From contig CAVWVI010000003.1 in NCBI GenBank assembly GCA_963758495.1, forward strand, positions 1,619,875 through 1,683,874: a stretch of 64,000 bases of DNA, read 5' to 3'. Numbering within the stretch: position 1 is the first letter of the stretch; each line of letters begins with the position of its first letter. Of this stretch, positions 50,475 through 60,793 are shown piece after piece. Below the pieces are notes generated by a model. It worked only from the letters and a program-made list of their open reading frames with translations, was not told the origin of the DNA and searched no databases. The position numbers were made by a program, and so were the translations under genes. The stretch comes from Oligoflexia bacterium. GTDB taxonomy: Bacteria > Bdellovibrionota > UBA1018.

Positions 50475-51314
50475 ATGAAATCATTTGATCTCAAATTTGG
50501 TAATGATTTTTTAGGAACAGTTCCGATTACTCCTGGTATATATAAAATTTATGATGAAAAGGGTAAGTTGATCTATGTAGGGAAAGCAAAAAATCTGAGG
50601 CGTCGATTAGGACAATATAAAAATGCTAAGCGACGCAAAAAGCATAGAAAAATGCGAAAGATTATCGAATTTGCCGAGAAAATTCAATTTCAAGAATGCG
50701 AAACAGAACTGGATGCAGAGCTTCTAGAGGCGGAGATCATCCAGACTTTTCGTCCGAAGTGGAATGTCGCGGGTGCTTTCTATTTTCTGTATCCTATGAT
50801 TGGGATGAAGTTTGCAAAAGAGGGATTATTTTTTTGTTATACAACTCAGCCGGAGCTTTTCCAGGACTTCTCATTCCATGGGGCTTTTCGATCTCGAGAA
50901 ATTGTGGGGGAAGCATTTTTCTCTCTTATGAAATTGTTGAAGTATGTAGGGCACCCGATTGCTCCAAAGAAAAGCGATTTTAAAAAAATTCCCAGCTATT
51001 CTTATGTCTATGGATTTCGTCAGCTTCCAACTGAGTGGATGAACCTTGGGGAAGAGTTTTGGAAGGGAAGTTCGAAGGCACTCTTAGAGCTTTTAGTCTT
51101 TTCATTGATTGAAAATGCCGGAGCGAGAAAAAACAGCCATGAAATTCAAGAGCATTTGAATCATATTAAGAGGTTCTGGGATCACGAAGCGAAACCCCTT
51201 CTTCGAGCGCGCAAACAAGTTAATTACACTGTATATCCTGTGAGTCAAAAAGAGAGAGATCTGGTATTTCTCAAATTTAGACATGCCAGGAAGTTTCTCC
51301 AACAGGCGCCATAA
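50475..51314 (+). CDS. GIY-YIG nuclease (UvrC/Cho N-terminal-like)
   Basis: PGIY......LIYVGKAKNLRRRL..Y...E..A.LLE..II..F.PKWN. Confidence 0.88.
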   Translation: MKSFDLKFGNDFLGTVPITPGIYKIYDEKGKLIYVGKAKNLRRRLGQYKNAKRRKKHRKMRKIIEFAEKIQFQECETELDAELLEAEIIQTFRPKWNVAGAFYFLYPMIGMKFAKEGLFFCYTTQPELFQDFSFHGAFRSREIVGEAFFSLMKLLKYVGHPIAPKKSDFKKIPSYSYVYGFRQLPTEWMNLGEEFWKGSSKALLELLVFSLIENAGARKNSHEIQEHLNHIKRFWDHEAKPLLRARKQVNYTVYPVSQKERDLVFLKFRHARKFLQQAP

Positions 51315-51327
51315 AAAGGTAATTCAT

Positions 51328-51615
51328 GTCAACTACCCCGTCCTAAAGGACGGAGCTTGAAGGAAACTAAAAGCTTAGGGTGACCAGAAGACCAACAGAA
51401 AGGAGATCAATTGTTGGTAAACGATACCAGAGAATCTATAGACACCGCCGAATATCACCTCAGTTCTGCGCTCTGTGGGCACCGGTTAAACAAATCTAAA
51501 GGGTTAGGGTCAGTGCTTGTGCCAGTTAAACCTCTGGATATCCCTTCGAGAGGAAGTCGGACTCCAAATAACACCTTGAAATATTTGGATACGCATCACT
51601 CCTGCTTAGGGAGGA
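51328..51615 (+). ncRNA. omegaRNA (HEARO-like) scaffold
   Basis: ~290-nt non-coding leader upstream of iscB with GTCAACTACCCC start, GACCAG, GACACC...CTCAGTT...GCTCTG...GTTAAACA and TCGAGAGGAAG segments typical of HEARO RNAs; 3' end approximate. Confidence 0.8.
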
Positions 51616-52932
51616 ATACTCAATGCGTGTAGAGAATGCTCGAAATGCAGATTTAGTATTTGTTCTAAGCGCACAAGGCAAGCCGTTGATGCCTTGCTCT
51701 CCTGGAAAATCAAGACGGCTTCTTCAATGTGGAAAAGCCAAAGTAATAAAAAGGACTCCTTTTATAATTAAGCTCAACTATGGATCAACCGGATATATCC
51801 AACCGATCCAAGCAGGGCAGGACTCGGGTTCTAAGAAAATGGGAGTCGCTGCGATAGCGAATGGTCAAGTCGTCTATCAATCAGAAGTGACATTGAGATC
51901 CGATATCAAATCCAAGCTGACTCAGAGAGGAATGTATCGAGGCAGCCGTCGAGGAAGAAAAACCAGATACAGGCCAGCAAGATTCGACAATCGTGGAAAA
52001 GCTGGAAAACTCACCCCTACTCTGCGGAGCAAAGTGGATGCTCATCTGAGAGAGAGAAACTTCTTAGAGTCCATTCTTCCTATTCAGACCTGGAGGGTAG
52101 AATTGGCGAATTTTGATATTCACAAGATCAGCAATCCTTCAGTTTCAAAAAAGAAAGGTTGGACATACCAACAAGGACAAAAGAAAGATTTTTATAATAC
52201 GAAAGCTTATGTCTTATTTAGAGACGCCTACACTTGCCAACAGTGCAGAAAAAATGGCGACAGTAAATTGCATGTTCACCACATTCAATTTAGATCAGAA
52301 GGAGGCACAGACGCTCCTTCAAATCTAATCACACTCTGCGAGTTCTGCCATGACAAGCTTCATCAGGGAATGCTCGGAGAAAAAATTCACACGAAGTTAT
52401 TATCGAAGACGGCCTCCAAGACAAAGCATGCTACTGAAATCAACATAGTGAAGTCGCAATTGAAAAAAAGCGGCTGGGCTTTTGAAGAAACGTTTGGATA
52501 CGAGACTAAATTTAAAAGAGAATCTTTGAATCTTCCCAAAACACACTATTACGATGCGGTGGCCATCTGCTTGTCGGATGGTGAAGCAGTTGATCAATCG
52601 AACACCGTAATCTTCAAAAGGAATGTAAGCCATGGAGATTATCAACAAACCTCGGGCATAAGATCAGAACAAAAAATCCCTACTGGAAAGTTATTTGGGA
52701 TTAGAAAGTTTGACCTGATCGAAACTCCTCAAGGGATAGGATTTGTAAAAGGAAAAAGAAGCTCGGGATTTTTTGCACTTTCAGAACTGGATGGATCAAA
52801 AATTCACGATTCAGTCAACGTTAAGAAAAACTGCGTTCGTCTCAATGCGCGACGAACTACATTAATCAGAAAAGGAGCAGCGCGGCTCCTCCCTGTCTTA
52901 AAAGACAAGGTTTCCGCCGCGAAAAACATAGG
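51328..52932 (+). mobile_element. Non-autonomous IS200/IS605-superfamily element encoding IscB and omegaRNA
   Basis: Begins GTCAACTACCCCGTCC-TAAA-GGACGGAGCTTG; terminal hairpin CCCTGTCTT-AA-AAGACAAGG at 52891-52910; no tnpA; right boundary inferred. Confidence 0.88.
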
Positions 52933-52936
52933 ATGA
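51623..52936 (+). CDS. iscB: RNA-guided endonuclease IscB
   Basis: PLMP domain (GKPLMPC), RuvC-I GQDSG, Arg-rich bridge helix, RuvC-II VELANFD, HNH (CQQC..HVHHI..NLITLC..CH), RuvC-III KTHYYDA. Confidence 0.95.
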   Translation: MRVENARNADLVFVLSAQGKPLMPCSPGKSRRLLQCGKAKVIKRTPFIIKLNYGSTGYIQPIQAGQDSGSKKMGVAAIANGQVVYQSEVTLRSDIKSKLTQRGMYRGSRRGRKTRYRPARFDNRGKAGKLTPTLRSKVDAHLRERNFLESILPIQTWRVELANFDIHKISNPSVSKKKGWTYQQGQKKDFYNTKAYVLFRDAYTCQQCRKNGDSKLHVHHIQFRSEGGTDAPSNLITLCEFCHDKLHQGMLGEKIHTKLLSKTASKTKHATEINIVKSQLKKSGWAFEETFGYETKFKRESLNLPKTHYYDAVAICLSDGEAVDQSNTVIFKRNVSHGDYQQTSGIRSEQKIPTGKLFGIRKFDLIETPQGIGFVKGKRSSGFFALSELDGSKIHDSVNVKKNCVRLNARRTTLIRKGAARLLPVLKDKVSAAKNIG

Positions 52937-53370
52937 AGGCAATTATTCAGCGTGTTAAGTGCGCTGAGGTTAAAGTGGATGGTCAATTGATTTCAAGAAT
53001 AGACCGAGGGATTCTCACCCTCCTTGGAATCGCCAAAGGTGATGATGAAAGTAAGCTAAGAAAGCTTCTTCAAAAAATTACGGATCTTCGTATATTTGAA
53101 GATCAGCAAGGTAAGATGAATTTCTCGTTAAAAGATATTCAAGGATCCCACCTGATTGTTTCACAGTTCACCCTTTTGGGAGATTGTGACAGCGGGAGAA
53201 GGCCATCATTTATTGCTGCTGAGCGTCCTGAGATTGCTAAGCCGCTTTATGAGCTTTCTTTAAAAATCGGTAATTCCATGGGGATTGAAACTTTGGGGGG
53301 AGTGTTTCAATCCGATATGGAAATATTATTGATCAATGACGGACCCGTAACTTTCGCTCTTGAGGTCTAA
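52933..53370 (+). CDS. dtd: D-aminoacyl-tRNA deacylase
   Basis: [35 protein letters not shown]. Confidence 0.97.
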   Translation: MKAIIQRVKCAEVKVDGQLISRIDRGILTLLGIAKGDDESKLRKLLQKITDLRIFEDQQGKMNFSLKDIQGSHLIVSQFTLLGDCDSGRRPSFIAAERPEIAKPLYELSLKIGNSMGIETLGGVFQSDMEILLINDGPVTFALEV

Positions 53371-53397
53371 TGACTACCACTCCTTTGAAGTTAAGGT

Positions 53398-54108
53398 CTA
53401 TTTATAATAAATTTCTTGATGCACAGAGTCTTTGGCAACGCCTTTTTCCAAGAGGAACGCTTTTACTTCTTGAATCATTCCTCCATGGCCGCAGAGATAA
53501 TATTCAGTTTCAAGCCATGGGAAATCAGTAGTCATGTTACGGATGTAATCTGTAACTCGACCTCGGAAGCCCATCCATTGGTTTGAGGCTTGGGAAACGG
53601 CTTCTACAAATTCGATGTGGGGAGAGTTACCAAAAGTATCTCGATACAGAAGTTCATTTTCAGTTCGAACTCCCAGGAGACAATAAGATTTTTGGGGAGG
53701 GGCTTCTTGAAACTGTTTAGACATGAAAATAGAACGAAAAGGGGCAATTCCTGTACCTGTAGCGATAAAGCAAGCGCCACGTTTTACCTTAGGTTTATAG
53801 ACGAAGTCACCATATGGCGCCAAGATCCGGATAGGATCACCTGGGCGTAAACGATAGAGGTATTGGGTGCCTGGTCCCTCTTCCACTATCTTCACACAAA
53901 ACTCAATGAGTGTAGATTCAGGAGCAGAAGCAATCGAGTAAGCCCTTCGAAGGTCTCGCCCTTTGGGACCAGCTCCTGGAATGATAACGCTCGCAAACTG
54001 GCCAGCTCTGAATTCCAATGGCTGGTTGGTCTCCAAAACCGTTTCAAATACGGTCGGGGTGAGCATTCGAAACGAGCTAATTGTGCAATGATATTCAGTA
54101 GCTTTCAT
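53398..54108 (-). CDS. Ferredoxin-NADP reductase-like FAD/NAD(P)-binding oxidoreductase
   Basis: RRAYSIAS, G.GT.YL, ATGTGIAPF, YLCG. Confidence 0.9.
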   Translation of the reverse strand: MKATEYHCTISSFRMLTPTVFETVLETNQPLEFRAGQFASVIIPGAGPKGRDLRRAYSIASAPESTLIEFCVKIVEEGPGTQYLYRLRPGDPIRILAPYGDFVYKPKVKRGACFIATGTGIAPFRSIFMSKQFQEAPPQKSYCLLGVRTENELLYRDTFGNSPHIEFVEAVSQASNQWMGFRGRVTDYIRNMTTDFPWLETEYYLCGHGGMIQEVKAFLLEKGVAKDSVHQEIYYK

Positions 54109-54205
54109 GCTTTTCTAACTTTTCCTTATTAAAAGTATTTTGTTGTATATTGCTTACCTCAGAATCGTATTTGACGCCATCCTTCAATTAGGGTACCAAA
54201 ACAGT

Positions 54206-54385
54206 ATGTTTGGATTAAGTCTAGGTCATTTAATTATCCTTTCTTTTGTTGTGTTGCTTTTTGGGCACAAGCGGTTGCCAGAATTGGGTCATGCTTTAGG
54301 TAAAGGGATGGGTGCTTTTAAGCGCGGTTTAGAAGGCAAAGGACCAGAGGATGATGACGACTCTACCCCTAAAAAACTTAAGTGA
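54206..54385 (+). CDS. tatA: Twin-arginine translocase TatA/TatE subunit
   Basis: MFGLSLGHLIILSFVVLLFGHKRLPELGHALGKGMGAFKRG; ATG at 54206. Confidence 0.9.
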   Translation: MFGLSLGHLIILSFVVLLFGHKRLPELGHALGKGMGAFKRGLEGKGPEDDDDSTPKKLK

Positions 54386-54395
54386 TTTGTATCAT

Positions 54396-56012
54396 TTAGA
54401 GTACTACTGAAAAAGAATAAGGCGAACTCATCGGGCTAGAAATATCCTTCGAAATACTTCGAACTCTCCACCAATAAACTCCATGAGGCGGATGAGTGAG
54501 GATGAAATAATTATCCTTTAAAGTTCTCTTGATTGCAATCTGAGTAAACCCGGCATCACGGCTCACTTCCACTTCATACGTTGGGGTGAAATTTGTTTTT
54601 TGCCAAGTGAGCAAAATGCGATTGCTGTTCTTTTGAATTGATTTCATTTTAATCAAAGAATTATTTGTAGGTAAGACTAAAGTCGGAGGCAAGTAATTGA
54701 ATGTCAAAGGCTCAATAGGAGAGGAAACGATAAATCCATTGTCTAAGATAGAAGTCACTTTATAGTAGATCTGCTCCGTTAGAATCTTATCTTTATTAAA
54801 GATAAATTCAGGATCTTCTACGGTCTTTTCAAAAAGACTTTTTTTAGAAGTTGGGGAACGTCCGAACCAAAGATAATATTTTCTTGCACCCTCATAACTC
54901 TTCCAATGGACTTTCATGCTGAAGTCAGCGAGTAAATTTTCAGTCAGCTTGTTGGAATTTATACTTTCACCGGACACCAAGGGGTTCAAAAGTTTAATCC
55001 CTTTAAATTGAGGGTTTAATGTGAAAGTGCCATGGGTATTTTCAGGAATGGATAATACTTCACCTTCAGTGCCTGTAATTTCCCATTCATAGCTTCCCGG
55101 CATGTCGAGAGTGAATGAAGTTTGGGCTTTTCCTTCGTTGGGTTCTACAGTGCGATGAAAAAGTTCAGTACGATGGGAGTTATTTTCTGAAAGAGCACCT
55201 GCAATTTTCCAAACAGTGACACGAGCTTTTCTATCAGACGGGGATATTTGCCACTGAAATTTTACGGTCTTCATGGGTTTTGGTGAGAAGGGTGCCACTT
55301 CCAATAGATCTCCATTTTTGGGATAGAGAATCTTAGTTTTTTCCGCTTCTTCTGACGTAAACGTTGGGGTGGCTGAAATAGTAGGCAAAGGTTCAGGAGA
55401 TGGACTGGGTGATGGTTCTGCTTCTTGAGGAGGTGCTTCTGTTGGGTTTTCTTCTTGGAAACTCAAGGTGGGAGCCGGTCGAGGAGAGGGTCGAGTCGGG
55501 ATAATTTTAACAATCGTAGTTTGAACGGTATTTGGCTTTATAGTGAGAATTTTCCCTTGTGATTTAATGACAAGTTTATGCTTTCCGGCTTTTCCTGTGA
55601 CCTTCCCTGTGACTACCTCCAGTCGTGGACTCTCTCTTGAAATGCTCCCTAGTGAAAAATCAGTCTGAAATGCAAGTCGAACCATTGTGTTAGGCCCTAA
55701 ATCAGCAGATCCGTTATTCCCAAAACGTAATCGCCCTTCCGATAAGGGGCCAGTGACAATGACGTCCATATTATAAACGGGGTCATGGGATTCAATATTT
55801 TTAAATTCGGATTGGCCTGAAATTTGGCGGCGAAGCGAACCAGTTTTTGTAATAATTTCACCGATAACAACCTGGTTACTGTCCTCCGTTAAATTAAAAA
55901 TATACTTTCTGAGCGGAAAATCTGTGACATAGATAAGACAGGCCAAGGAAAAGAATAGAATCGAGAGTAAAATAAGGATTTTTTCCCATAATTTAAATTT
56001 AAAATCACGCAT
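54396..56012 (-). CDS. Membrane-anchored FecR-like protein with Pro-rich linker and Ig/FN3-like domains
   Basis: N-terminal TM, D.I.TG..S...L.F.....LGPNT.V pattern, PSPSPSPEP linker, YWWRVRS. Confidence 0.7.
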   Translation of the reverse strand: MRDFKFKLWEKILILLSILFFSLACLIYVTDFPLRKYIFNLTEDSNQVVIGEIITKTGSLRRQISGQSEFKNIESHDPVYNMDVIVTGPLSEGRLRFGNNGSADLGPNTMVRLAFQTDFSLGSISRESPRLEVVTGKVTGKAGKHKLVIKSQGKILTIKPNTVQTTIVKIIPTRPSPRPAPTLSFQEENPTEAPPQEAEPSPSPSPEPLPTISATPTFTSEEAEKTKILYPKNGDLLEVAPFSPKPMKTVKFQWQISPSDRKARVTVWKIAGALSENNSHRTELFHRTVEPNEGKAQTSFTLDMPGSYEWEITGTEGEVLSIPENTHGTFTLNPQFKGIKLLNPLVSGESINSNKLTENLLADFSMKVHWKSYEGARKYYLWFGRSPTSKKSLFEKTVEDPEFIFNKDKILTEQIYYKVTSILDNGFIVSSPIEPLTFNYLPPTLVLPTNNSLIKMKSIQKNSNRILLTWQKTNFTPTYEVEVSRDAGFTQIAIKRTLKDNYFILTHPPHGVYWWRVRSISKDISSPMSSPYSFSVVL

Positions 56013-57912
56013 GATCTTGGCCTGCTCCCGCTAAAGCCAAAATAGTGGCTGCAACAATTGTAACGTCATCGTCTAGGGGTTTTCCTCCATTATGTGTAAG
56101 AAATTCTTCCATCAAGTGAGAGATAATGGTCTGAGGGCCATGAGCCAGATGTTTTTCAACGGACTTTCGGACGCGCTTCTTTCCGAACATTTGATCAGAA
56201 GCATTCTTTCCTTCGGTTAGGCCATCGGTATAGAGAAAAATAATATCCTTCGGGTGGAGAGGGATCGTTTTTTCTTCAAATGGAGGTGCTGTGCGAACTT
56301 CACCTAATCGTTGTCCAATTGCAACGAGGCTGGTCAAATTGTAAGTTTCCCCTTCTTTTCTAAATAGCCAAGGGGGATTATGCCCTGCGCTAGCATAGCT
56401 GAGAGTCTTTGTTTCAAAATCAGCTACTGCGATGAAAAATGTCATCATGATCTTGCCAAGAGAAGCGTCAAAAATCACACGGTTTGCAAATGAGAGCATG
56501 GCACTGGGTGAAAAGCTAAACTCTGGGTCCTCTTGGGCTAATTTGTGCATCACGCTAAAACAACTCCGAGCAGATGCGGTAATGAGGGCACTAGGAAAGC
56601 CATGACCGGTCGCATCGGCGATCATAATTGCAACCCTATTTCCTACACCAAAAAACCCCCACCAGTCTCCGCCACACTGGGATGCTGCTTGATAGTGACT
56701 GAAAATATGGAGCCACTCATTACGAAATTCTGAGGGAGGAATCAGGGTTTGTTGCACGGTTGAGGCGATGGCGATTTCATTTTCAAGCTGAACTTTCAAT
56801 ATGCTTTCTTGAATGAGTTCCCCAATTTTTTTGGACATAATATTGAAGGAACTGGATAACGCCCCGATTTCATCTTTTCCATTTTCGTCGAGCTTGAGTA
56901 AGAAGTTTCCCCTAGTTACTTCCTTGGTGGCTTCATAGAGTTTTTCTAAAGGAGCGGTAAGTGTTTTTGCAAATAAAATCGCAAAGATAATAGCTGCTCC
57001 TACTGCCATTGAACCTAGAAGAATAAATTTTTCTATCAATAAGTAGGTGGCTTTCATGGCTATTTGCCATTCTGTGTTTGTTAAAATTATGAGGTTCAGC
57101 CCGGGAAGTACGTAGGAGCCTAAATAGTGGGTACCATTAAATTCATACTCTTTTGCTCCATTAATTAAATGACTGGCGATTGCGGTTTCAAATAAGGGAT
57201 TATTTGAAATATTTTCTTTTGAGTAGAAAACTGTGGGATCGGTATCATAGAGAATCCAACCGGTTCGTGTTGCAATAGTCAGCTTGAGTTTGTTCAAACC
57301 GCTTCCAAAGCCTTTGAGTGAAATCAGACCGACTGAAATCGGCATTCCTTCTGGATTATCTTTTAATGCTGTATCGGCAAGGATGACAGCTAAAATAGGA
57401 GATCCTCCCAGTTGAGAGAGATTTAAAAAAGCATAGGAGTTTTGGAGAAGTTCCGGTAATAATAATGTCATCCAATCAGGTGAAATTTTATAGTCTTGAA
57501 GATTTATATTTTGTTCTTTGAGATCTTTATCCTTGAAAGTTTCAGAGTAAAGGCTGGTGGTACCTGTTTTTAAATTTGTCAAATAGATAGAGCTAGCAAA
57601 GACTTCATTTTGATTATTAATGATCGAATGCAACGATGACGTTTGAGCTGGCGTAATTGACTTTTTCGGGTCTACAGAGGCCAATGAAATTCTGAGGGTT
57701 TCTAGAGCATGCTTGGTTGTTAAAAGAAACTCCCTACCCGTTAGGAGGGCTTCAGTAGATTGGGCCTGATAGATGTATGCTCTTTTATCCCCTCGAAAGA
57801 GTAAAATAGTAGAGATATTTAGAAAAAGGATGACAATAAAGGTAAGTAAAACAATGCTTACAAGCAATTTTGTCCCAACGGAAAGAGAGACTTTAATTTG
57901 CTGTTGCTCCAT
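56005..57912 (-). CDS. HAMP + SpoIIE (PP2C) membrane phosphatase
   Basis: Two TMs, DEIGALSSSFN HAMP, GGDWW, ADATGHG, SAGHN, YTDG, DDVT; start set at ATG 57912. Confidence 0.92.
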   Translation of the reverse strand: MEQQQIKVSLSVGTKLLVSIVLLTFIVILFLNISTILLFRGDKRAYIYQAQSTEALLTGREFLLTTKHALETLRISLASVDPKKSITPAQTSSLHSIINNQNEVFASSIYLTNLKTGTTSLYSETFKDKDLKEQNINLQDYKISPDWMTLLLPELLQNSYAFLNLSQLGGSPILAVILADTALKDNPEGMPISVGLISLKGFGSGLNKLKLTIATRTGWILYDTDPTVFYSKENISNNPLFETAIASHLINGAKEYEFNGTHYLGSYVLPGLNLIILTNTEWQIAMKATYLLIEKFILLGSMAVGAAIIFAILFAKTLTAPLEKLYEATKEVTRGNFLLKLDENGKDEIGALSSSFNIMSKKIGELIQESILKVQLENEIAIASTVQQTLIPPSEFRNEWLHIFSHYQAASQCGGDWWGFFGVGNRVAIMIADATGHGFPSALITASARSCFSVMHKLAQEDPEFSFSPSAMLSFANRVIFDASLGKIMMTFFIAVADFETKTLSYASAGHNPPWLFRKEGETYNLTSLVAIGQRLGEVRTAPPFEEKTIPLHPKDIIFLYTDGLTEGKNASDQMFGKKRVRKSVEKHLAHGPQTIISHLMEEFLTHNGGKPLDDDVTIVAATILALAGAGQDHA

Positions 57913-57966
57913 TCTTATATTTTCACTAACATTTTTAATTAATTCAACTAATCGGATGAGGTATTT

Positions 57967-58431
57967 GTGGTTAATGTAACAAAAGAGCAAAAAGGTCCTG
58001 TACTTTTAGTTCGATTTTCGGGTTCTGTAGAGGAATCAGCCAATTTTGATCAATTGATTGGTCCTCCTCAACCTCAAATGGTCATTCATTGTAAAGAGGT
58101 CCCTAGGATAAATTCGGTTGGAGTGAAAGCGTGGATCAAATATTTTCAATCTTGTCAGACAAAAAACACACAGTTGAAATTTATTGAGTGTTCGACTGCA
58201 ATTGTAGAACAGATAAATTTAATTTCCAATTTTACTTGCGGAGGTAGTGTAGAGTCTATCTATGTTCCTTTTGCGTGCACATCTTGTAAATGCGAATTAG
58301 TAGGATTATTTAAAACGGAAGATCTTAAAAAGCTTCAATTTAAAATTCCTGATTTTAAATGCGCAAAATGTGGCGGTAAAGCAATGTTTGATGATATCAA
58401 AGAAGAGTATTTTGGGTTCTTAATGAGATAA
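57967..58431 (+). CDS. STAS-like (anti-anti-sigma-type) protein with C-terminal zinc ribbon
   Basis: INSVGVKAW phosphoacceptor-like motif; CTSC and CAKC pairs. Confidence 0.72.
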   Translation: MVNVTKEQKGPVLLVRFSGSVEESANFDQLIGPPQPQMVIHCKEVPRINSVGVKAWIKYFQSCQTKNTQLKFIECSTAIVEQINLISNFTCGGSVESIYVPFACTSCKCELVGLFKTEDLKKLQFKIPDFKCAKCGGKAMFDDIKEEYFGFLMR

Positions 58432-58440
58432 GGAGAATTT

Positions 58441-59418
58441 TTGTCAAAAATACTACTGCTCATTTCAAATAATCCGGAAGATCAAATTTTTGCTGCCGAA
58501 GTAGCAATTACTGCTGGTTTATCGCTTAAGCAAGTCTCAAGCGCTAGAGCGGGAGTCACTTTACTTCAGGAGGAAAATATTACAGTGACCTTTATTGATG
58601 GGTCATCTGTTGAGCTTTATCAAGCTTTTGAGACAGCGCTTCAAGAGCTGGTGGGATTGTACTCTGATAAAGTAAATGCCAATACTTTTCATTTTATAAG
58701 CTCAGAGGATGTAGAAAAGGGTTCCTACCTACTGCAGAGTCCGATATTTGGTCATTTTATCTTAAGAAACTTTCAAAATCCGAAAGACGCTGGGGAATAT
58801 TATGGTCGTATCGTTAAGGCTACATTGACTAAGCGAGCGTTTGGATTGGGTCAATTGCTAAAACCGGGTACAAGGATACAAGTCATTAAACTAGATAACT
58901 CAGCAAAAAAGCAAACTGCAGTAGAGGTAGTGAAGACTTATCTCATTTCGGCACAGTTTCAAAGTCGGACAGCCAGTGTTATTGCCAATGCAGTGGATGA
59001 ACTTCTAATGAATGCAATTTTTGACGCCCCGATTGATTCTATTGGAAAGCCTGTCTTGGCTGGGGTTGCGCGCTCTACAGTTTTCGAACTTCAGGGCAAA
59101 AGCGTAGTTGAATTGCACATCGGATTTGATGGTCAAAACATAGGGATTACTGCTGTTGATTTATTTGGTAGCTTGGATAAAGCCAAGCTTTTATCGTTTT
59201 TTTCTAAAATATATACTAAAGATGAATATAGAGTTAAAACTGCAATTGCCAGTGCCGGGCTAGGTTTGGCATCAGTTTTTCATAGCGGAGGTAGTTTTTT
59301 ATTTGCAAGTGAAGCAAATGTAAAAACTGAAGCGACAGTATTTTTTAGAAAAACAGATAATTTTCGTGCATTCAAAGATCAATTCCGGTTTATATCTACT
59401 CAATTCTATTTTGAGTAA
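58441..59418 (+). CDS. Degenerate receiver + HATPase-like (anti-sigma kinase-type) protein
   Basis: DELLMNAIFDAP N-box, D.FGSL, AGLGL G-box. Confidence 0.6.
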   Translation: MSKILLLISNNPEDQIFAAEVAITAGLSLKQVSSARAGVTLLQEENITVTFIDGSSVELYQAFETALQELVGLYSDKVNANTFHFISSEDVEKGSYLLQSPIFGHFILRNFQNPKDAGEYYGRIVKATLTKRAFGLGQLLKPGTRIQVIKLDNSAKKQTAVEVVKTYLISAQFQSRTASVIANAVDELLMNAIFDAPIDSIGKPVLAGVARSTVFELQGKSVVELHIGFDGQNIGITAVDLFGSLDKAKLLSFFSKIYTKDEYRVKTAIASAGLGLASVFHSGGSFLFASEANVKTEATVFFRKTDNFRAFKDQFRFISTQFYFE

Positions 59419-59430
59419 GAGGGTTTTAGC

Positions 59431-60066
59431 ATGAGTACCGGATCAGAAATTCCAATTATCTTGGCTTCCACTTCGCCGAGGCGGGTGGATCTCATGAATC
59501 AAGTTCATCTTAAAGTTGAAATTCAAGCTCCAAATGTTGATGAAGCTCCTCAGCCAGGCGAGAAGCCAATTCAGCTTGTAGGCAGGCTTGCTCAGGAGAA
59601 GGCTGAATCCATTAAAAAATTTGCAAAGCGTAAGTATTCAACTTGTCTTGTTATTGCCGCTGATACGATTGTAGTGTCCCCTGATGGGGCCAAAATTTTG
59701 GGAAAACCAGAAAACTCGAGTGAAGCTCGCAAAATGTTACTATTGTTAGCAGGTAAGACGCACACTGTATTTACTGGGTACTGCATTTTGTTGGTAAGTC
59801 GTCGACAAGGATTGGAAAAAAAGATGACTCGTGTTGTAAAGTCTAAAGTCACTATGCGAAGTCTTACTCAGAAAATGATTGAGGCTTATATTTCAACGGG
59901 CGAACCCATGGATAAGGCGGGTGCCTATGGTGCACAAGGACTGGGCACTGCATTGATTGAGAAAATTGAAGGAAGCTATACGAATGTCGTAGGTCTTCCT
60001 CTATCTCAAATGCTGACGGATCTTCAAAAAATTTCAAAAAAAAGTCTTTTTAGCTGGCTAAAATGA
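59431..60066 (+). CDS. maf: Maf/YhdE nucleoside triphosphate pyrophosphatase
   Basis: ILASTSPRR, AADTIV, DKAGAYGAQG, GSYTNVVGLP. Confidence 0.95.
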   Translation: MSTGSEIPIILASTSPRRVDLMNQVHLKVEIQAPNVDEAPQPGEKPIQLVGRLAQEKAESIKKFAKRKYSTCLVIAADTIVVSPDGAKILGKPENSSEARKMLLLLAGKTHTVFTGYCILLVSRRQGLEKKMTRVVKSKVTMRSLTQKMIEAYISTGEPMDKAGAYGAQGLGTALIEKIEGSYTNVVGLPLSQMLTDLQKISKKSLFSWLK

Positions 60067-60767
60067 CACAAACTCGCTTGCCTTCTCTGAAGGAAAGGTA
60101 TCAAGAAATATTAGGAAGAGTTTCCAAATCAATGAGTTTGGACGTAACACAGCAAGCGCCATTATTGATCGTCGTGAGTAAGAAACAGCCCGTGGAAGCA
60201 ATAGAAGAGCTTTATAGAATGGGCCAGCGGGATTTTGGAGAAAACTATGTACAGGAGCTTATTGATAAAGCAAGAGACCTGTATAAGCGCGGATGTACTG
60301 AAATCAGATGGCATTTTATAGGGCATTTGCAATCTAATAAAGTGAAAAGCCTCATTCCTTATGTTGCCGCTGTCCATACGGTGGATTCAGAAAAAATAGC
60401 TCATGAGCTGAGTAAAAGATGGTCAGAACTGGGACGTCTGGGTAACCTTCCTATTTTTATTGAAGTCAATTTAGGTCAAGAAGATTCAAAACAAGGTTTG
60501 TCTCCTCATGAGACTCTGAGTTTTGTAGAAACAATAGCGAGTATTCCAAATTTAGACCTTCAAGGGCTCATGTGTATTCCACCCTCCCAAGAGGATTCAA
60601 GAAAGTATTTTGTGTCATTACGAGAGCTTGAGTATAAGTGTAGGCCTCATACAAAGGGGATGTTGTCTATGGGAATGTCTAGTGATTTTGAAATCGCTAT
60701 TGAGGAGGGTTCGACCCATATTCGTTTAGGCACGGTGATATTTGGTTCAAGAGAAAAGAAGCAATAA
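60063..60767 (+). CDS. yggS: PLP homeostasis protein YggS
   Basis: VSKKQP, FGENYVQE, WHFIGHLQSNK, LSMGMS.DF..AI..GST.IRLGT.IFG. Confidence 0.96.
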   Translation: MTQTRLPSLKERYQEILGRVSKSMSLDVTQQAPLLIVVSKKQPVEAIEELYRMGQRDFGENYVQELIDKARDLYKRGCTEIRWHFIGHLQSNKVKSLIPYVAAVHTVDSEKIAHELSKRWSELGRLGNLPIFIEVNLGQEDSKQGLSPHETLSFVETIASIPNLDLQGLMCIPPSQEDSRKYFVSLRELEYKCRPHTKGMLSMGMSSDFEIAIEEGSTHIRLGTVIFGSREKKQ

Positions 60768-60793
60768 ATTGTCAACAACACTAAAGGAACTGC

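Noticed and set aside
50475..51314. GIY-YIG gene as part of the IscB element or a homing endonuclease
   Set aside because: It ends before the GTCAAC element boundary and resembles the UvrC/Cho N-terminal repair domain; no intron context
51411..51632. 73-aa ORF upstream of iscB as a TnpA transposase
   Set aside because: No HUH or catalytic Tyr motif; it lies within the omegaRNA scaffold
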